The translations under genes were made by a program, and so were the position numbers. A DNA stretch of 58,262 nt, counting the filler, from Basidiobolus ranarum (lineage: Eukaryota), in NCBI GenBank assembly GCA_040143965.1. It is 9 parts of 9 records of this genome, joined end to end, with 100 filler letters (N's around TTAATTAATTAA, not from the genome) between each part and the next. Parts side by side here need not be neighbours in the genome. Positions count along the whole stretch, not along the records: positions 32,446 to 38,829 come from JASJQH010001330.1; positions 38,930 to 45,310 come from JASJQH010001331.1; positions 45,411 to 51,787 come from JASJQH010001332.1; 6 more parts are not named here. One strand, given 5' to 3'. Within the stretch, counting starts at the first letter, position 1. Every line of letters starts with the position of its first letter. The notes beneath the pieces were generated by a model that worked only from the letters and a program-made list of their open reading frames with translations, searched no databases and was not told the origin of the DNA. Of the stretch, positions 32,950 through 45,612 are shown one piece after another.

Positions 32950-35900
32950 CAAAAATAAAATTGATTTGATCTGGATTAGATACACCCCCATGAATAGTGA
33001 AACCATCAGAGAACCATCACAATATTGGTAGCTTGCTTTCTGCCAGGGATTTCAATGGTGTGATGGCAGTTTCTTGATGGTATTTTGATGGTTTTCATAC
33101 ATGTCAAAATATTGACCACCAAATTTGGCATGCATTATTCAATATCTGGCAATTTTTCCAAATCATATTTTTTGAATGGTAAATTACTGGGTTTACTGCT
33201 GTAGAAATTTGATTTAATATTCATGCCTTTATTTAGATATTTTAGGCTTTGTATTCCAACAATAATGAGAATCAAAAAATTCAAGGATCTTCTTATGCTT
33301 AGTCTCTACATATGCACATACTTGACTGATTAGACATAACTCCACAGCATCAATATGCTTTACTAGCAAACTAATGGTGGAAAACTTGCTAAACATCTGA
33401 AATTTTGAATAGCACTGACACTTGGCAAAGAGCTGACTCTTGTTACCATTCATGATGAGAATAAGCTGTTGGATTTTGGCAAATTTCCATATAGAATTCA
33501 GCCAGTATATCCCTGACTTGCAGTCAACAAATGTCCTGCCACAAGTAGATGTGTCATTGCTTGAATAGATTACCTCATGGCTAAGACAATAACACTGTGT
33601 ATCTTGATCTATCTCACCAAGAAGTCTGTCTTGCAGCTTTCCTAAGAATACTGCCAGATTATCACACAAAAAAATTAGTCTATAGAGTTACTTACTCTGT
33701 GTCCATGGATTGGGCTTGTTGCTGTTGTTATGCTCAAACAATGTGAAAACCCATGCACACATTAAAAGAGCTCTTTGTTGGAAAATTTATATACTCCGGA
33801 GTCTCATTAACCCATTGCATTACATCCATCACTGATTTTGTTGATACATTGTTAATCAGATTAGCATACGGTAATACTGACAATTTCACATGGGGCTTCA
33901 TTTGACTGCAAGTGCACTCCATTCGGAACTCCCAGAATGTATTGCAAGGGCCTATAATCTCTAAGTATTGAGAAGGATGCAGCAGGGAATGTATTGAATA
34001 CCAACATAGATTCAGTCTGTCTTCTCTAAACCCGTAATAAAGTTTTTTATATCCAATTACAAAATTTTTGACAGTTGCTGTATCTCCATGAGATCAGCCA
34101 ATGTGAGTTGATGCCATAACAATGTATTTACAATATTCACAAACAACTGCCAAGGTTGCCAATACTTATACTTCAAAATTCCACTTGAATATATGCAAAT
34201 CCAATACTTCTAGTCTTTGCATTTGAATAAACGCCTAGATGGGTAGATATTGATGGGAGTCCTGGCAAGATATGATGGTATCTTGATGTTTTCAAGCATT
34301 ATCCCAATCTATTCAAACTTAGATCCTATCTCAAATGGCTCATACATATTGAATTTTCCACTATATAGCTGAGTAAGTAGTATCAGAATGCTGTTGAATA
34401 TTAAGTGCATAGTGCCTAAGGGGTAGCTTGGGCTCCAGCTGATCCTCTTTGGCAATGTAATCTTATGCTTATGGCTAATACCATGCTAGATGTTAGAGTG
34501 ACTATTGGGTGAATTGATATCAGTGATCATGTTGAAATCTGACTTGGCTCTTAATGGTGAAATCATGGAGCTTACTGCTATATTTGGATTGTAGTAATGT
34601 GTATACCTGATAGAGTAAACTTCATTGATTTGACAAAAACTAGAGCAAGATAGTGCATTGTGCCTGCAAAAACCTCCAAGTTAACTAATGGTAGGAGTGT
34701 CACCAATACATACAATGATATTGGCTTTAATAACATATTCACCCATCTGAACCCCATTAGATAACCATTCAAATTCCACAATCAAAGGCTCCAAGAAGCT
34801 GTCTATATGCACCGGTGATTTAGGTCCAGATAAAATGGATAGTATCAAAATATTATGACTCTTATAATATTCAGAAGGAGGAAGAGTTTAGTTAATTAAA
34901 ATTATTGGTCAGCAAGCCTTTCCAACAGGATATTTGATTAGTGAGAAACCATCCAGAGCCAATGCAAATGCATGATCACACGTGTTCTCAAAGAAACGTT
35001 GACTTTCCAGATTCTGATAGTGATATCCATCATAAATATTGGTAATACCATCAGCTTTATGGTGAGTACTTTGGTATTGGATCAATGATCTATATTTGGG
35101 TGATTTTATCCAAATTTCAAGACAAGGACTCAATGGTATGTAAGCCAAATACAAACAACATTTACCTGATTCAGTGATTGCCAATTGTGTGCAAACAGTA
35201 CATGACTTCAGGTTTCCCAGATCACCAGTGAAAGCCAAACCACCATTTGGACATGAAGGTAGTTCAATTACTGATGATTATAAGTCATACAATTTGACAT
35301 TTGTTTTCCACTTGTACCAGGTCTGTGGCAAGTAACAGTTGCCAATAAACTGTGGTAAAAGTGTAAGAAAACTAATAAACACCTGGCTGCTAAGATTGCA
35401 TTGAACTCTCCACTCCTCAATACTCAAAGCTGCTTCCTCTACAGTAGGTGTAAAGAGTGTACTAATGTTTGCCAATAACAAAGAGTCCATAGCAAAAACA
35501 TTATATTCTTCTTCAACTTCTGATATACTACCATTGGTACTGGAATAACAAAGGTTAACATCTGGCAACAAGTCTTCAAAGTTGTCTGGACTTATTGGTT
35601 TGACCAAAGTTGCATTTCTACCTACATCATTCTGGTCATATAACTCTGGTAACTCCACCGTATCTTGACTTTTGGCAGTGTTACCAGAACTTTGAGGCAA
35701 AGTACAGTCAGTGGACTCAATGGCCAAAACTAAAGGGAATTTAGTGCACTTGTTGCTGGTGATATATACCAGGCTTTGTGCAGTTGGTGGTTTTGTACAG
35801 TGACGATGCTTATGATTATTCTTTCTATGAAGCCTCTGGCTTTCATAGCACAAGAATTTGTGACAATAATAGCAAGGTTTTTTTAAATGTTTGTGTTGTA
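32950..35900 (-). mobile_element. Degenerate CACTA/EnSpm Tnp2-family (Transposase_21-like) transposase
   Basis: CPNGGLAFTG..LKSCTVC, YIPLSPCLE, ITNIYDGYHYQNL..FALALDGFS, WPI-type *PIILIN.LPP, SGPKSP..DSFLEPLI.E and the GP....WEF.ME motif; many stops and frameshifts. Confidence 0.88.
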
Positions 35901-36224
35901 GCAGGAGAAGGATAGTGTAGAAAAAAGAATATCTCCTACCAAAGGGTGGTATTTAGATATTACCATTTAATATCATCAGCCAAATCTGAGACAGTGCCAC
36001 ATATGAGTCATGAGGTGATTTACAAGATATTTCTGGTAATGGATGGCAATTTTGGTTTATCATAAGCTGTTTCCAAGCAATTTCATTACACCAAGTTTAG
36101 TATCTGAAAATTTCAGTGCATTCAAAAAGCATTCAAAATCTAAATTAAAATTGGCTTCCAAGCCCAAGCCTATGGCACAAAAGAAAAAAACCAGCAAGAA
36201 CAAAGGACTTAACTGATGAGCAGT

Positions 36225-36910
36225 CTGGCAATCCACTATCTACTTAGGAAGGCATTGACATGCTGAAAACTAACCCAAGTGATGAAGAGCAAATAATCAA
36301 TTTATCAGATGTGTTCCCTTCCAGCAATAGTGCAAGTGAAGAGATGGTAATCCCCCAATTACATAGTAAATCAATAGTTGAGCAAAGTTCAACCAAAACA
36401 CCATCAAGACCATCAGCTACCAAAATGGCTACTTTGCTTGCTATTAAACAACCCTCCATAGAAAATTTGGAAAAAATTATTAACACAAGGGAATTGCAGC
36501 CAGAACACTGTAATGATTTGTATGCAATCATAAGTAAGAACTATAAAGTTGCTATACAGGCCATGACAGGTAATAATGCCTCAATATTGCAATCAATGCA
36601 GCTTTTGGAAGCAACTGGTCATGAGTTAGAAAGTCACTCAACAATGATACAAGACCATCAGAATACTGTACTTGAGCTACAGCAACATGCTGCTCCCTCT
36701 ATCCATTCTCATATGGGATTTTAATCAATCCCACACCATAAATATGAATGTCACCATGACAATCTAGCAGAGCACAATATGTGTTTGACTATAAAGCCTA
36801 CACAACATTCTCAAATTGCTTGGGCACATGAAAGTAGAAATCTCACAGGAAAACTGGCAAACCAAAAGACTCTGAATGTCAGAGCTGCCATCACTAGCTC
36901 TGATGATCTC
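36225..36910 (+). repeat. Copy of the TE accessory-ORF repeat, opposite orientation
   Basis: ORF 36260-36724 EEMVIPQLHSKSIVEQSSTKTPSRPSATKMATL; inverted relative to 38110-38820 and 32446-32935. Confidence 0.85.
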
Positions 36911-37039
36911 TAACAGATATTGAAGGATTGTTATTGTAGGAAAACCATCACAATTTTAATTCATTTGGGGTTGACCTTTTACTTACCATCATTAATTTGT
37001 CAAGTTAGATTTGATTTTAATCAATTTTTTCAGTTACAG

Positions 37040-38829
37040 GAGTGAAATTTCAAGATCTTGCAAAATAGTTGCACATGATTGGCTACAATCTCAGAGAACT
37101 ATGGATCAACAAATGTGCAAAAAACGTAACTCAAATTTTACACAATTACCACTAGAATGCTAATTTGTCACCTTTAAAATACATGGTTTCTTTGATATAT
37201 TCTCCTGAATATTTTTATATAGTTCTTCATACCCATGGTTTAGCTCATACACAACATATGTTTGTATCTATATCTCCATCAAAGCCCACCATTGTATTAA
37301 TGTTGCAGAATCGAGATTCTTCCAGCTATCTGGCAGATACCCTGCAATATTGTGACACTGTGTATTAAGTTCTTCCCAGATATCCTCATGGTCAACACCA
37401 GACTGGATTTTAAGTTGAATGTTCTTCCTCTGAAGCCACTTTCTGCATACTGGCACTGTGTTTTTCCCTTCATACTCTTGAAAATACTCCTCAAGCATTT
37501 TGACTATTTTTGTACATCCTTGTAGTGTGACACTACTGAGGGTGCTCTGTGGTGTTTGTGCAGCTTTTTGCTTGCCATTACCTTTGGGGCTAATTTCAAC
37601 ACCTTGAAAAGTACCAGTTCAGGTTGGGGAGTAGTGAGTTTTATTTGCTTGTGTTTGGCTTGCTCAGAGGTGCCAGCTGTTGGATAAACTTCCAAATTTA
37701 GCACTTTTCTAACTGGTGTACCCAGTTCCGTGGTGAAATTAAGCTTTTGCCAGTATATCTGACTCTGGAAATGCATATCTTCATAATGGTGTGAAAAATT
37801 TGGTAAGTGGGACAGCAGAGCCCAAACTCACTGGCCCTTTGCTTTTCCCTTGAGTTTACTAACTTCCTGCTCCATCAGTACTTCTTTAGCTGCATTTCTT
37901 CCTTTACAAGTTGATAATTGTGTAATTTTTTGAGGTGTTTCATGAATAGGCCTAGACTAGTGCAATTGCCATTTGTTTGCAAAAACCCAGGATAAGCCAC
38001 ATGAAATAAGTCAAGAACCTTCAGAGTAAAGCCTGGTTTTTGGCTTTTCCACAATTGGCTCAAATCCCTGTGATTTTGGGCAAGATTCCCAAAGTTTCCA
38101 AAATGTTAAACCACTCATCATTAGAGCAAGTGATGGCAGCCCTGACATTCAGAGTGTTGTGGTTTGCCGGTTTTCCTATGAGATTTCTACTTTCATGTGC
38201 CCAAGCAATTCTGGGTCATTGTGCAGGCTTAATGGTCCAACAGATATTCTGCTCTGCCAGATTGTCATGGTGACATTCATATGTATGGTCTGGAATTGAT
38301 TGAAATCTTGTATGAGAATGGACAGAGGGAGCAGCATGTTGCTGTAGCTCAAGTACAACATTCTGAAGATCTTGTATCATTGTTGAGTGACTCTCTACCT
38401 GTTGACTAGCTGCTTCCAAATGCTGTATTAAGTGCTATATTACAGCGTTATTGCTTGTCATGGCCTGTATAGCAACTTCATAGTTTTTACTTATGATTGC
38501 ATACAAATCATTATGGTGTTCTGCCTGCAATTCTCTTGTTGTAATAATTCAATATGAATTTTCTATGGAGGGTTGTTCAATAGTGAGCAAAGTAGCCATT
38601 TTGGAATTTGATGGTCTTGACAGTGTTGTGGTTGAACTTTGCTCAACTATTGATTTAATGTGTGATTGGGGAACTACAATCTCTTCACTTGCACTATTGC
38701 TGGAAAGGAACACTTCTGGTAATTAATTAATGCTTCATCAATATTTGAGATAGTTTCCAGCATGTTAATGCCTTCCAAAGTGGATAGTGGATCACTAGAC
38801 TGCTCATCAATTAAGTCCTCTATTCTTGC
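37040..38829 (-). repeat. Copy of the TE accessory-ORF repeat, long form
   Basis: Colinear with 17240-19040; SQLWKSQKPGFTLKVLDLFHVAYPGFL..LGLFMKHL and DHEDIWEELNTQCHNIAGYLPDSWKN. Confidence 0.85.
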
Positions 38830-38929
38830 NNNNNNNNNNNNNNNNNNNNNNNNNNNNNNNNNNNNNNNNNNNNTTAATTAATTAANNNNNNNNNNNNNNN
38901 NNNNNNNNNNNNNNNNNNNNNNNNNNNNN
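38830..38929. other. Artificial contig spacer
   Basis: N44-TTAATTAATTAA-N44. Confidence 0.99.
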
Positions 38930-39572
38930 CTGTAAAGGTTAGAACATGGGGCTCATAACCTATTGGGAAAATATGGGCTGTTTGGAGGAACTTTAGAAAA
39001 GTGGAGTTGTGAATAGCTTCTGTGAGATGATTATTTATTGTCCAGAAATGAAGCATTTATACATTTTGGTGGAAATACAGAAAACTAACACTGGGGTTAA
39101 ACCACTTACAACAGGTTCCTAAATACTTTAATAACAAGCACTGTGTTCTGCACTAACCTGGAGTAAAAGTTTGATTTCAGATAATTTTGCATTATTTTCT
39201 TCTATGATAGCATCACAAAGTGTTCTCTTTTGTGGCAACATTTTCCATGCTTGGTAATTACTTCTATCAAATTCTCCCAAAGAGGAAAGAGGTCCAGAAG
39301 CTTGAGAAGTAGATATTACAGAGAATGCAAGCTTGGGGCTCATAACCTGTTATAGAATGTGTTAAGGAAGGGCTCAGGAAAATGTGTGCAAAGATTGGGG
39401 CTTCTAGGACAAGTATGATACAATTTATACATCCAAGAACTTCTAACTGGATAAAAATATTCCAAGTAAATTCTAAATGATAATAATGGGTGATATCTTT
39501 GTGAAATGTAGAATAACCAGATACTAAGCTATATATGACTATATAGGTGTTTAGCCAGTGCTAATTTCAACC
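38930..39572 (-). mobile_element. Copia 5' end relics: LTR (39572-39348), half-tRNA-iMet PBS (39347-39336), gag start, and a second PBS at 38960-38949
   Basis: The minus strand reads ...TATAACA|GGTTATGAGCCC followed by MSPKLAFS..LGEFDRSNYQAWK, resembling the Copia gag N-terminal NY..WK motif. Confidence 0.8.
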
Positions 39573-40458
39573 ACTTTCATCTGCTTAGCTGCAAGAGAAA
39601 ATGTATTGTCAGCTAGACTAAGAAACCATAGTCTTTGCTTAAAAGGATTGTCTACTTTGAGCAAGCTGCTTTCTTTTAATTCCTATAAGTAATTTGTACT
39701 CATCGGCATTGCCACCTAATTTTCCCCACTTGGAATGTTCTTACATTTAAATGAAAGATTAGCACTTTGAAATCCCATTCGTTACATTGGATATTTGCAT
39801 ATTATATATACCCTGCATTCCCCTGTAGAAGGCTTTCACTTCAATGGGTTCAATCGGCCAGAATCATAACGATGAAAGTTGAAGCATTTTCTCTCGTCCC
39901 AATAATGTACTAAGTACTATGCTAAAAAAAACTGCATAGCATGTAAGTAGTTGTAACAATATTGTTGCTACCTCTGACTGCCCGGAGGTCAAGAGCGGCC
40001 GTAGTGACTTTCCTGGGGTCAAGTACAGGCAAGATCCCCAAGTGATAGTTGGTAGGGCTAGGGTAAGCTGAGCTGCCGGTACATGCTAAATCATAGTTAT
40101 AATACGAGCGATATATGCAAATATATAATGTTTACATCTTTATTACACATTCGCAAGTATGTTGTGATCCAAATAGAAAATGGCTTGTTTAATCATTCTG
40201 CGTCATTAGCCTTCTGCACGGAAATCAACGCCTTTCAATACAATATTAATCCCATAGCTGCAACTTAGAGTATGGGTTCCCTCCATAGAGTTATTTAAGG
40301 TGAGGACAAGAAATGCTCTATATTTGCTCAAGCCTTCCAGAGTGCAAGGTCAAGATGGATTAGAAATTTATTACTTCTACCGGTCTAAATTTTTCAAGCA
40401 TTGCCAACGACTAGACTCTCTTAGAGTTATTGGACTACTCGGGAATAGAGCCAATTTC

Positions 40459-41061
40459 TCAATTTATTGCTTGCTTTTGCTGCTCTAGAGCGCCATCTTC
40501 CTCATTCTCCTCTGACCCCTTAGGCTTGAGGTTATCAATTCCAATCGAGTTTTTTAGCGAATCTCGCCGAATTCGTGCATTTTCCTGTTTGCGTTGCTCG
40601 CTCGCCATGTCCTGGGAAAATAGTCAGAATCAAAGTTGGTTATATCATTAGCAAACACAAATTACCTCCGAGTTCATCTCAGAGAATTGCTCGACTGAAA
40701 TATCCCCCAGAATGATGCTTCGACGAAGATCTGGATTAGTGGGATCCTTGAGGTTGAGAACTTTGGATCGAATTTTGGACCGATAGTTGTGGCTTGTATT
40801 GTGCTCCTCATTGAAAATACCTATCTTTTGAATTTAGAACTGAATGAGCAGAGAATGATGCCTATGCCAACATTACCTTCTTCAATTCGCATTGCTTTGT
40901 CAAGTAACTGGGTTTCTTGCTTATCCGAAGCCAACCGATCCTCTTTCAACGCACCGAATATCATATCAATTCCTAGACGTCCGGGTTAGAATTTAGCGCG
41001 TAATGGTATTGAAAGCTCTTCACTCACCTTTCTTGCGTACTGTATCAGTAGAGAGATTCAT
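40459..41061 (-). CDS. Stand-alone TFIIS central (TFIIS_M) domain protein, 4 exons, about 145 aa
   Basis: Hand-spliced: MNLSTDTVRKKGIDMIFGALKEDRLASDKQETQLLDKAMRIEEGIFNEEHNTSHNYRSKIRSKVLNLKDPTNPDLRRSIILGDISVEQFSEMNSEDMASEQRKQENARIRRDSLKNSIGIDNLKPKGSEENEEDGALEQQKQAIN*. It matches the TFIIS_M consensus Y+.K.RS...NLKD..NP.LR..hh.G.I.....M...EMAS. Three GT-AG introns keep the frame. Confidence 0.85.
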
Positions 41062-41777
41062 CCTTGCTAAAGAAAGAGAACAATGAAGTATCCGAAGTCG
41101 GTTTCGGATTTTATAGCTTTCAAGAAGATGATTCATTTACTATCGCGCCTCTTCCAGTTTGACTTTCCTTCAAATCCGTACCAATCCCACTGAGGTTCGT
41201 GATTGCATTCGCAAATGATTTTACATCCTTAACCATACTTCGCGCTTATTTGCTCCAAGACTTGAGCCAGCTATCAGTTGGTGATGTCACTCGACATCGT
41301 ATTTCATGTGATTCGTACTCCGAAGCCATTGGATTACCAATGAAGAGCTAGACCTACTTGATCGCCCTCCGCAAGCCAAGATACACTTTGCCGCTCTTTT
41401 TCAATATCCAGCACGTGATTCCAAGGAATTGTCACTGATGAATGCTACGCTAGCGTTGAATCTCACCAAGCGCTTATAGCATGGCCAAAGGAGATGCTAG
41501 ATTTGGAGAAGATACAACCAGTATGCAGGCAGAACGTCAACCTCGAAATAGAAACGAGGCGAATCAGGGGTATATATGGAGCAAACACATCGATCATGGC
41601 TCACGAAACATGCCATCCAAGAGAGTAATGGTAGAAGCATGAAGTGATAAACGTGTTTGCGGCATGGCCACATCCTCCTGCATAGTCGGAAAAGTATAAA
41701 GATGGTGTGAAGCATTTCGGTACAAGTCAAGCTGATCATCTGCAACCATTTACATACAAACCACTACACCAATCACC

Positions 41778-42251
41778 ATGAGACTGTCCGTTACTTTTGC
41801 TGCTTGTTTGTTCTTAACCTCCTCGTTGGTGTGCCAAGTGTTTGGCGCGGCTGTGACTTCGGAAGAGGAAGCGTGCGAGTCAGGGCTCTCGAAATGCTCC
41901 GATGATGATCCAGCGCAATTCTTTGATTGTGCTGAAGGTCAATGGATAGATAGAGTGTGTGCCCCGGGAAGCATTTGTGTTCTAGAGGGAGAAATGCCAA
42001 CCTGCAAACTCTTGGGCATCTTGAACAACCTGGCAAATGGTGCCGAGATCCAAGAAGAGGCTGCTGATCAACTGACCGATCAAGAGGGTATTACTGAACC
42101 AAATTCTCTAGAAGAGCTTGATTCAGATGAGGATGCAGGTGATGGAATGGAGGACACCACTGAAGAGGAATCAGTCATGTCCGACCCTGAAGTAGGATCA
42201 GAGGACCAATTTGTGGAGACTGGTGATGGTGACAACGTTTCCAGCGAATAA
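41778..42251 (+). CDS. Secreted protein with a CBM19-like chitin-binding module and acidic low-complexity tail
   Basis: Signal peptide MRLSVTFAACLFLTSSLVCQVFG; Cys pattern CESGLSKC......FFDCAEGQWIDRVCAPGSIC; D/E-rich C-terminus. Confidence 0.8.
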   Translation: MRLSVTFAACLFLTSSLVCQVFGAAVTSEEEACESGLSKCSDDDPAQFFDCAEGQWIDRVCAPGSICVLEGEMPTCKLLGILNNLANGAEIQEEAADQLTDQEGITEPNSLEELDSDEDAGDGMEDTTEEESVMSDPEVGSEDQFVETGDGDNVSSE

Positions 42252-42915
42252 GCACTAATTGATTGGAATATCATAAAATATCACACATTCAGATTGGAGT
42301 CCTAAAAGAGGCCAGTAAGTTCATGCCACTAGCGCTTCTTATATTCCCGTGCTTGAGTGTTCCCCACTAGAAAATATTGATATCAAAATATATTACTTGA
42401 ATAAACTATCAACTATATGCATTTACCAAAAAGTTAACTGGTCTACTTCTGAATCATACCCGACATTTGCTGCACGATGGAACTCTTGTCATGCTCACCT
42501 GGGAGAACTTATTTAAGGCATGAATGGAACTTCAGATTGTTTGCAAGAAACTGCAACTACATCACTGTATTAGAAGTCAACAAGGTGCTCAGCCAAACTC
42601 GCACTTTCGGTTAGTTAGCTGATTTAAGCTGGTCAGATCATTTCTCTATAGGGATGTGACGGGACATGGGAGACGGCACATGAGAGATGGCACCTAATAG
42701 AAAGGCCACAGATTTCATTTCTGTTATGCATAGCGTGCAAAGTAAATACTGTCCCAGACAGGTGCCCTTGTGTGTTGAAACCTAAGGTTGTCAAGTTCTC
42801 TGTAGGCTACAACACTGAGGAAAGCACTTCGGGAGAAAGCATACTATAAAATGGTTTTATTTGTCACTATTTAGAATATGGGAATATACATGAATATGAA
42901 GTGCTAAGAATATGA

Positions 42916-45310
42916 CTATGGTTTTTCTTCAATTATGTTAATTTGACATGTAGCAGAACTGTATGCCACAGGAGGTATTTGATCACCTGTTGATCGATTT
43001 CGCATGGGATATGCGTTTTCAGGTATTTCGATACAAGTAAGGTCAGATGGCTGCTCAAGCTCCGCTGGCGTATGTCTGGACTCGATTTCTTGTACCGAAT
43101 CTAAAATAGTTTTGGCATCCGTAGGTCGTGTGCTGCCCCAGCTGAAATCATCCATCTTCCACAAGCTATATAGCGGTATGACTACAGCCCATAGTGGCAG
43201 CCCAGCAATAAACATCAGCCACCAACACGCCTGTGTTTTTCTACCTGCCATTAATGCAATGAGCCCTGGAAGACAGAATAGTACCAACGTGAATGCAAGT
43301 GACAACCAAGTGAGATGAGTCCATAAACCCCAGATAGCAATACAGCATCCAAGTGGAAGGAAAAATGGAATTGCCGAGGCTGACCACAATTCAGATACCA
43401 TTACAAGTTTCATACTCCATCGCATACGTCTAGTCGGGAAAGCAGGTGGATTGACAAAGAGATCGAAATGATTATGAATTAGTGAATTAGTCCACCTCCT
43501 TCTTTGGCACAGTAAAATACTTAGTTTGTCAGGGACAGTAGTTGTGCATACGGCGGATGGAATATATCGAGTTCTCATATCAGTAAGATAACGGATGACT
43601 AATGTACAAAGATAACGATCCTCACCGATGGTGAGTAAATTGTGTTCTCTCATTAGCTTGGGCTCGGCCATATAATCTCGCATAATACGTGGGTCGAGTA
43701 CCGCTGGCTTGATCTCCTCTTTCTGAGTAATTGGATCTTTAACATGACGCTTAAGTCGATAGATAGTGAAGCATCCGGAAAGTACTAACACGTTTGCATA
43801 AAACGACTCAAATGACTTGAGCAAACAATGAGTAAGGAAGTATTCAAAGACCTGGATCATTGTAATATAACTCTGAGTACGATTCTCCACCTTCGTCTCA
43901 CCGCATACTCCTGACAGGTTCTGGTCCTTTTCCAATGTGTGAACAAGAATATCAAGTCCGTTTGGGCGAATGAATGTATCTGCATCAGCCACCAGTACAT
44001 ATTCCACACTTTTTGCATCGCAACCAATTTTCTTTAATGAACTGTACATCTCAGCAAACATTGGGCAACTGAAACGAATTTTCCTGCGTCTACGCTGACC
44101 ACCAGGTTTAGTGACATCCAAAGAGGATTGTCCAAGTGGAGTCCCTGGCATTGAATCGGTACCAGAGTAATACGAAGCAACACTATATCCGTTTCCAGGC
44201 GCTGCACCCCAGAGTGACATTCCTTGGAATCTGGCACTGGTCTCAGCAATGCCTACATTGAAGCTACTTCCACTTTGATTTAAGTCACTCATCATATCCT
44301 GAAGTGGATTTTCATCTTCTGTGGCTATCTCTTGCAACATTTCGTCAAGAAAGAAGCCGTTGGCTTCTCTAAAGAAATTGTACACGATTAGTTGAGAATC
44401 CCGTTTGGATCGATTGCCCGGCTTTGCTGCTTCTTTCTCATTCTCTAGCCCCACCTTCACAACAAGTAAGTACTTAACTCTGCGCTCTGACTCATTTTCA
44501 GGGGAGTAGTAGCCAGTGTACACGCAAGCTTTATTCAAGCTTTGGTCTCCATGTCCGACAGATTGGTATATCAATGATCTAGGCTCGATCTCACATTTGA
44601 ACACATCCTCGATCAATATTCTGGGAGTGGATTTATCATTTCCCGACCCGGTTACATTTCCATCTGCTACTACAAAGAGCAATTTTGAATCATCATCGTA
44701 ATCACTCTGAACCACCGAGTTGATCGTCTTTAGGATCACCTCTTTGCTCTCACTGTAGCAGGGAATGTGTAACGCTAGTAACTTTTTAGGCCTCTCTGCC
44801 GGATCTGTCGGTGGTTTGTACTTCCCACCAGTTCTTTGCACAATGATGGCTGCCACAACGTTCATAAGCATTATACCAACTGCTGACGCCATAAAAATGA
44901 TATAGATGACATCCAGGAACATGCAATACGGAAGTTTTACTGTTAGGATACCTTTTTCCGCTTTACTGCTGCTGCAAACCACGAATGGCAAGACAAACAG
45001 GAGCGTGATCATGACCAACACCATAAATATCATAGCACGAAAGTAACGGATCTTCTCACGCCAGGCCTCTCTCTTCTCTTTGGTATTTAGACCAAACGGT
45101 TTAAGGAGGGTTTTGATGAATAGAATATCAATTACACTGTTGATAGCAATCCATATCTTTTGAGCAGATGGAGAAGTGATAGGCTTGTCAAGTGGTGGTA
45201 GCTTGTATTTTTCATCCCATTCCACGTAGTCATCCTCCCAGGCAAGTTCTTCCGGGTTTGGAGACGCTTGGCTGTTGACGGGGAAATATTCAGAGGAGTT
45301 ATCTACTCCA
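42916..45310 (-). CDS. Chitin synthase (GT2, division-2-like), intronless, 5'-partial (frame open to the contig end)
   Basis: IPCYSES, LLFVVADG.VTGSGNDKSTP, KPGNRSKRDSQ, VLVADADT, GVCGETKVEN, IQVFEYF, IGEDRYL, QRRRWTNS and DDFSWGSTR; TM segments on both sides of the catalytic domain. Confidence 0.95.
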
Positions 45311-45410
45311 NNNNNNNNNNNNNNNNNNNNNNNNNNNNNNNNNNNNNNNNNNNNTTAATTAATTAANNNNNNNNNNNNNNNNNNNNNNNNNNNNNNNNNN
45401 NNNNNNNNNN
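45311..45410. other. Artificial contig spacer
   Basis: N44-TTAATTAATTAA-N44. Confidence 0.99.
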
Positions 45411-45612
45411 GGGTAAATACTTACGATACGCATTGTTCGATTGCACGACCTCATTATAATATTGAGTCACACTGTGAAGTGAGGGTGTTTCCTTTGCTAT
45501 ACAGCTCGAAGTGGATTCTAGCGCAAGAATTATCTTTATTTGATAATCAAGTAGTGAAGTAATGGAAACTATCGAATACTCATAATCCTTGAAAATATAA
45601 TTTAACTTTACT

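Noticed and set aside
40459-41061. Naming the TFIIS-like gene DST1 or calling it a pseudogene
   Set aside because: It has no zinc ribbon or N-terminal domain, so it is not DST1. The frame and splice sites are intact, so there is no evidence of decay.
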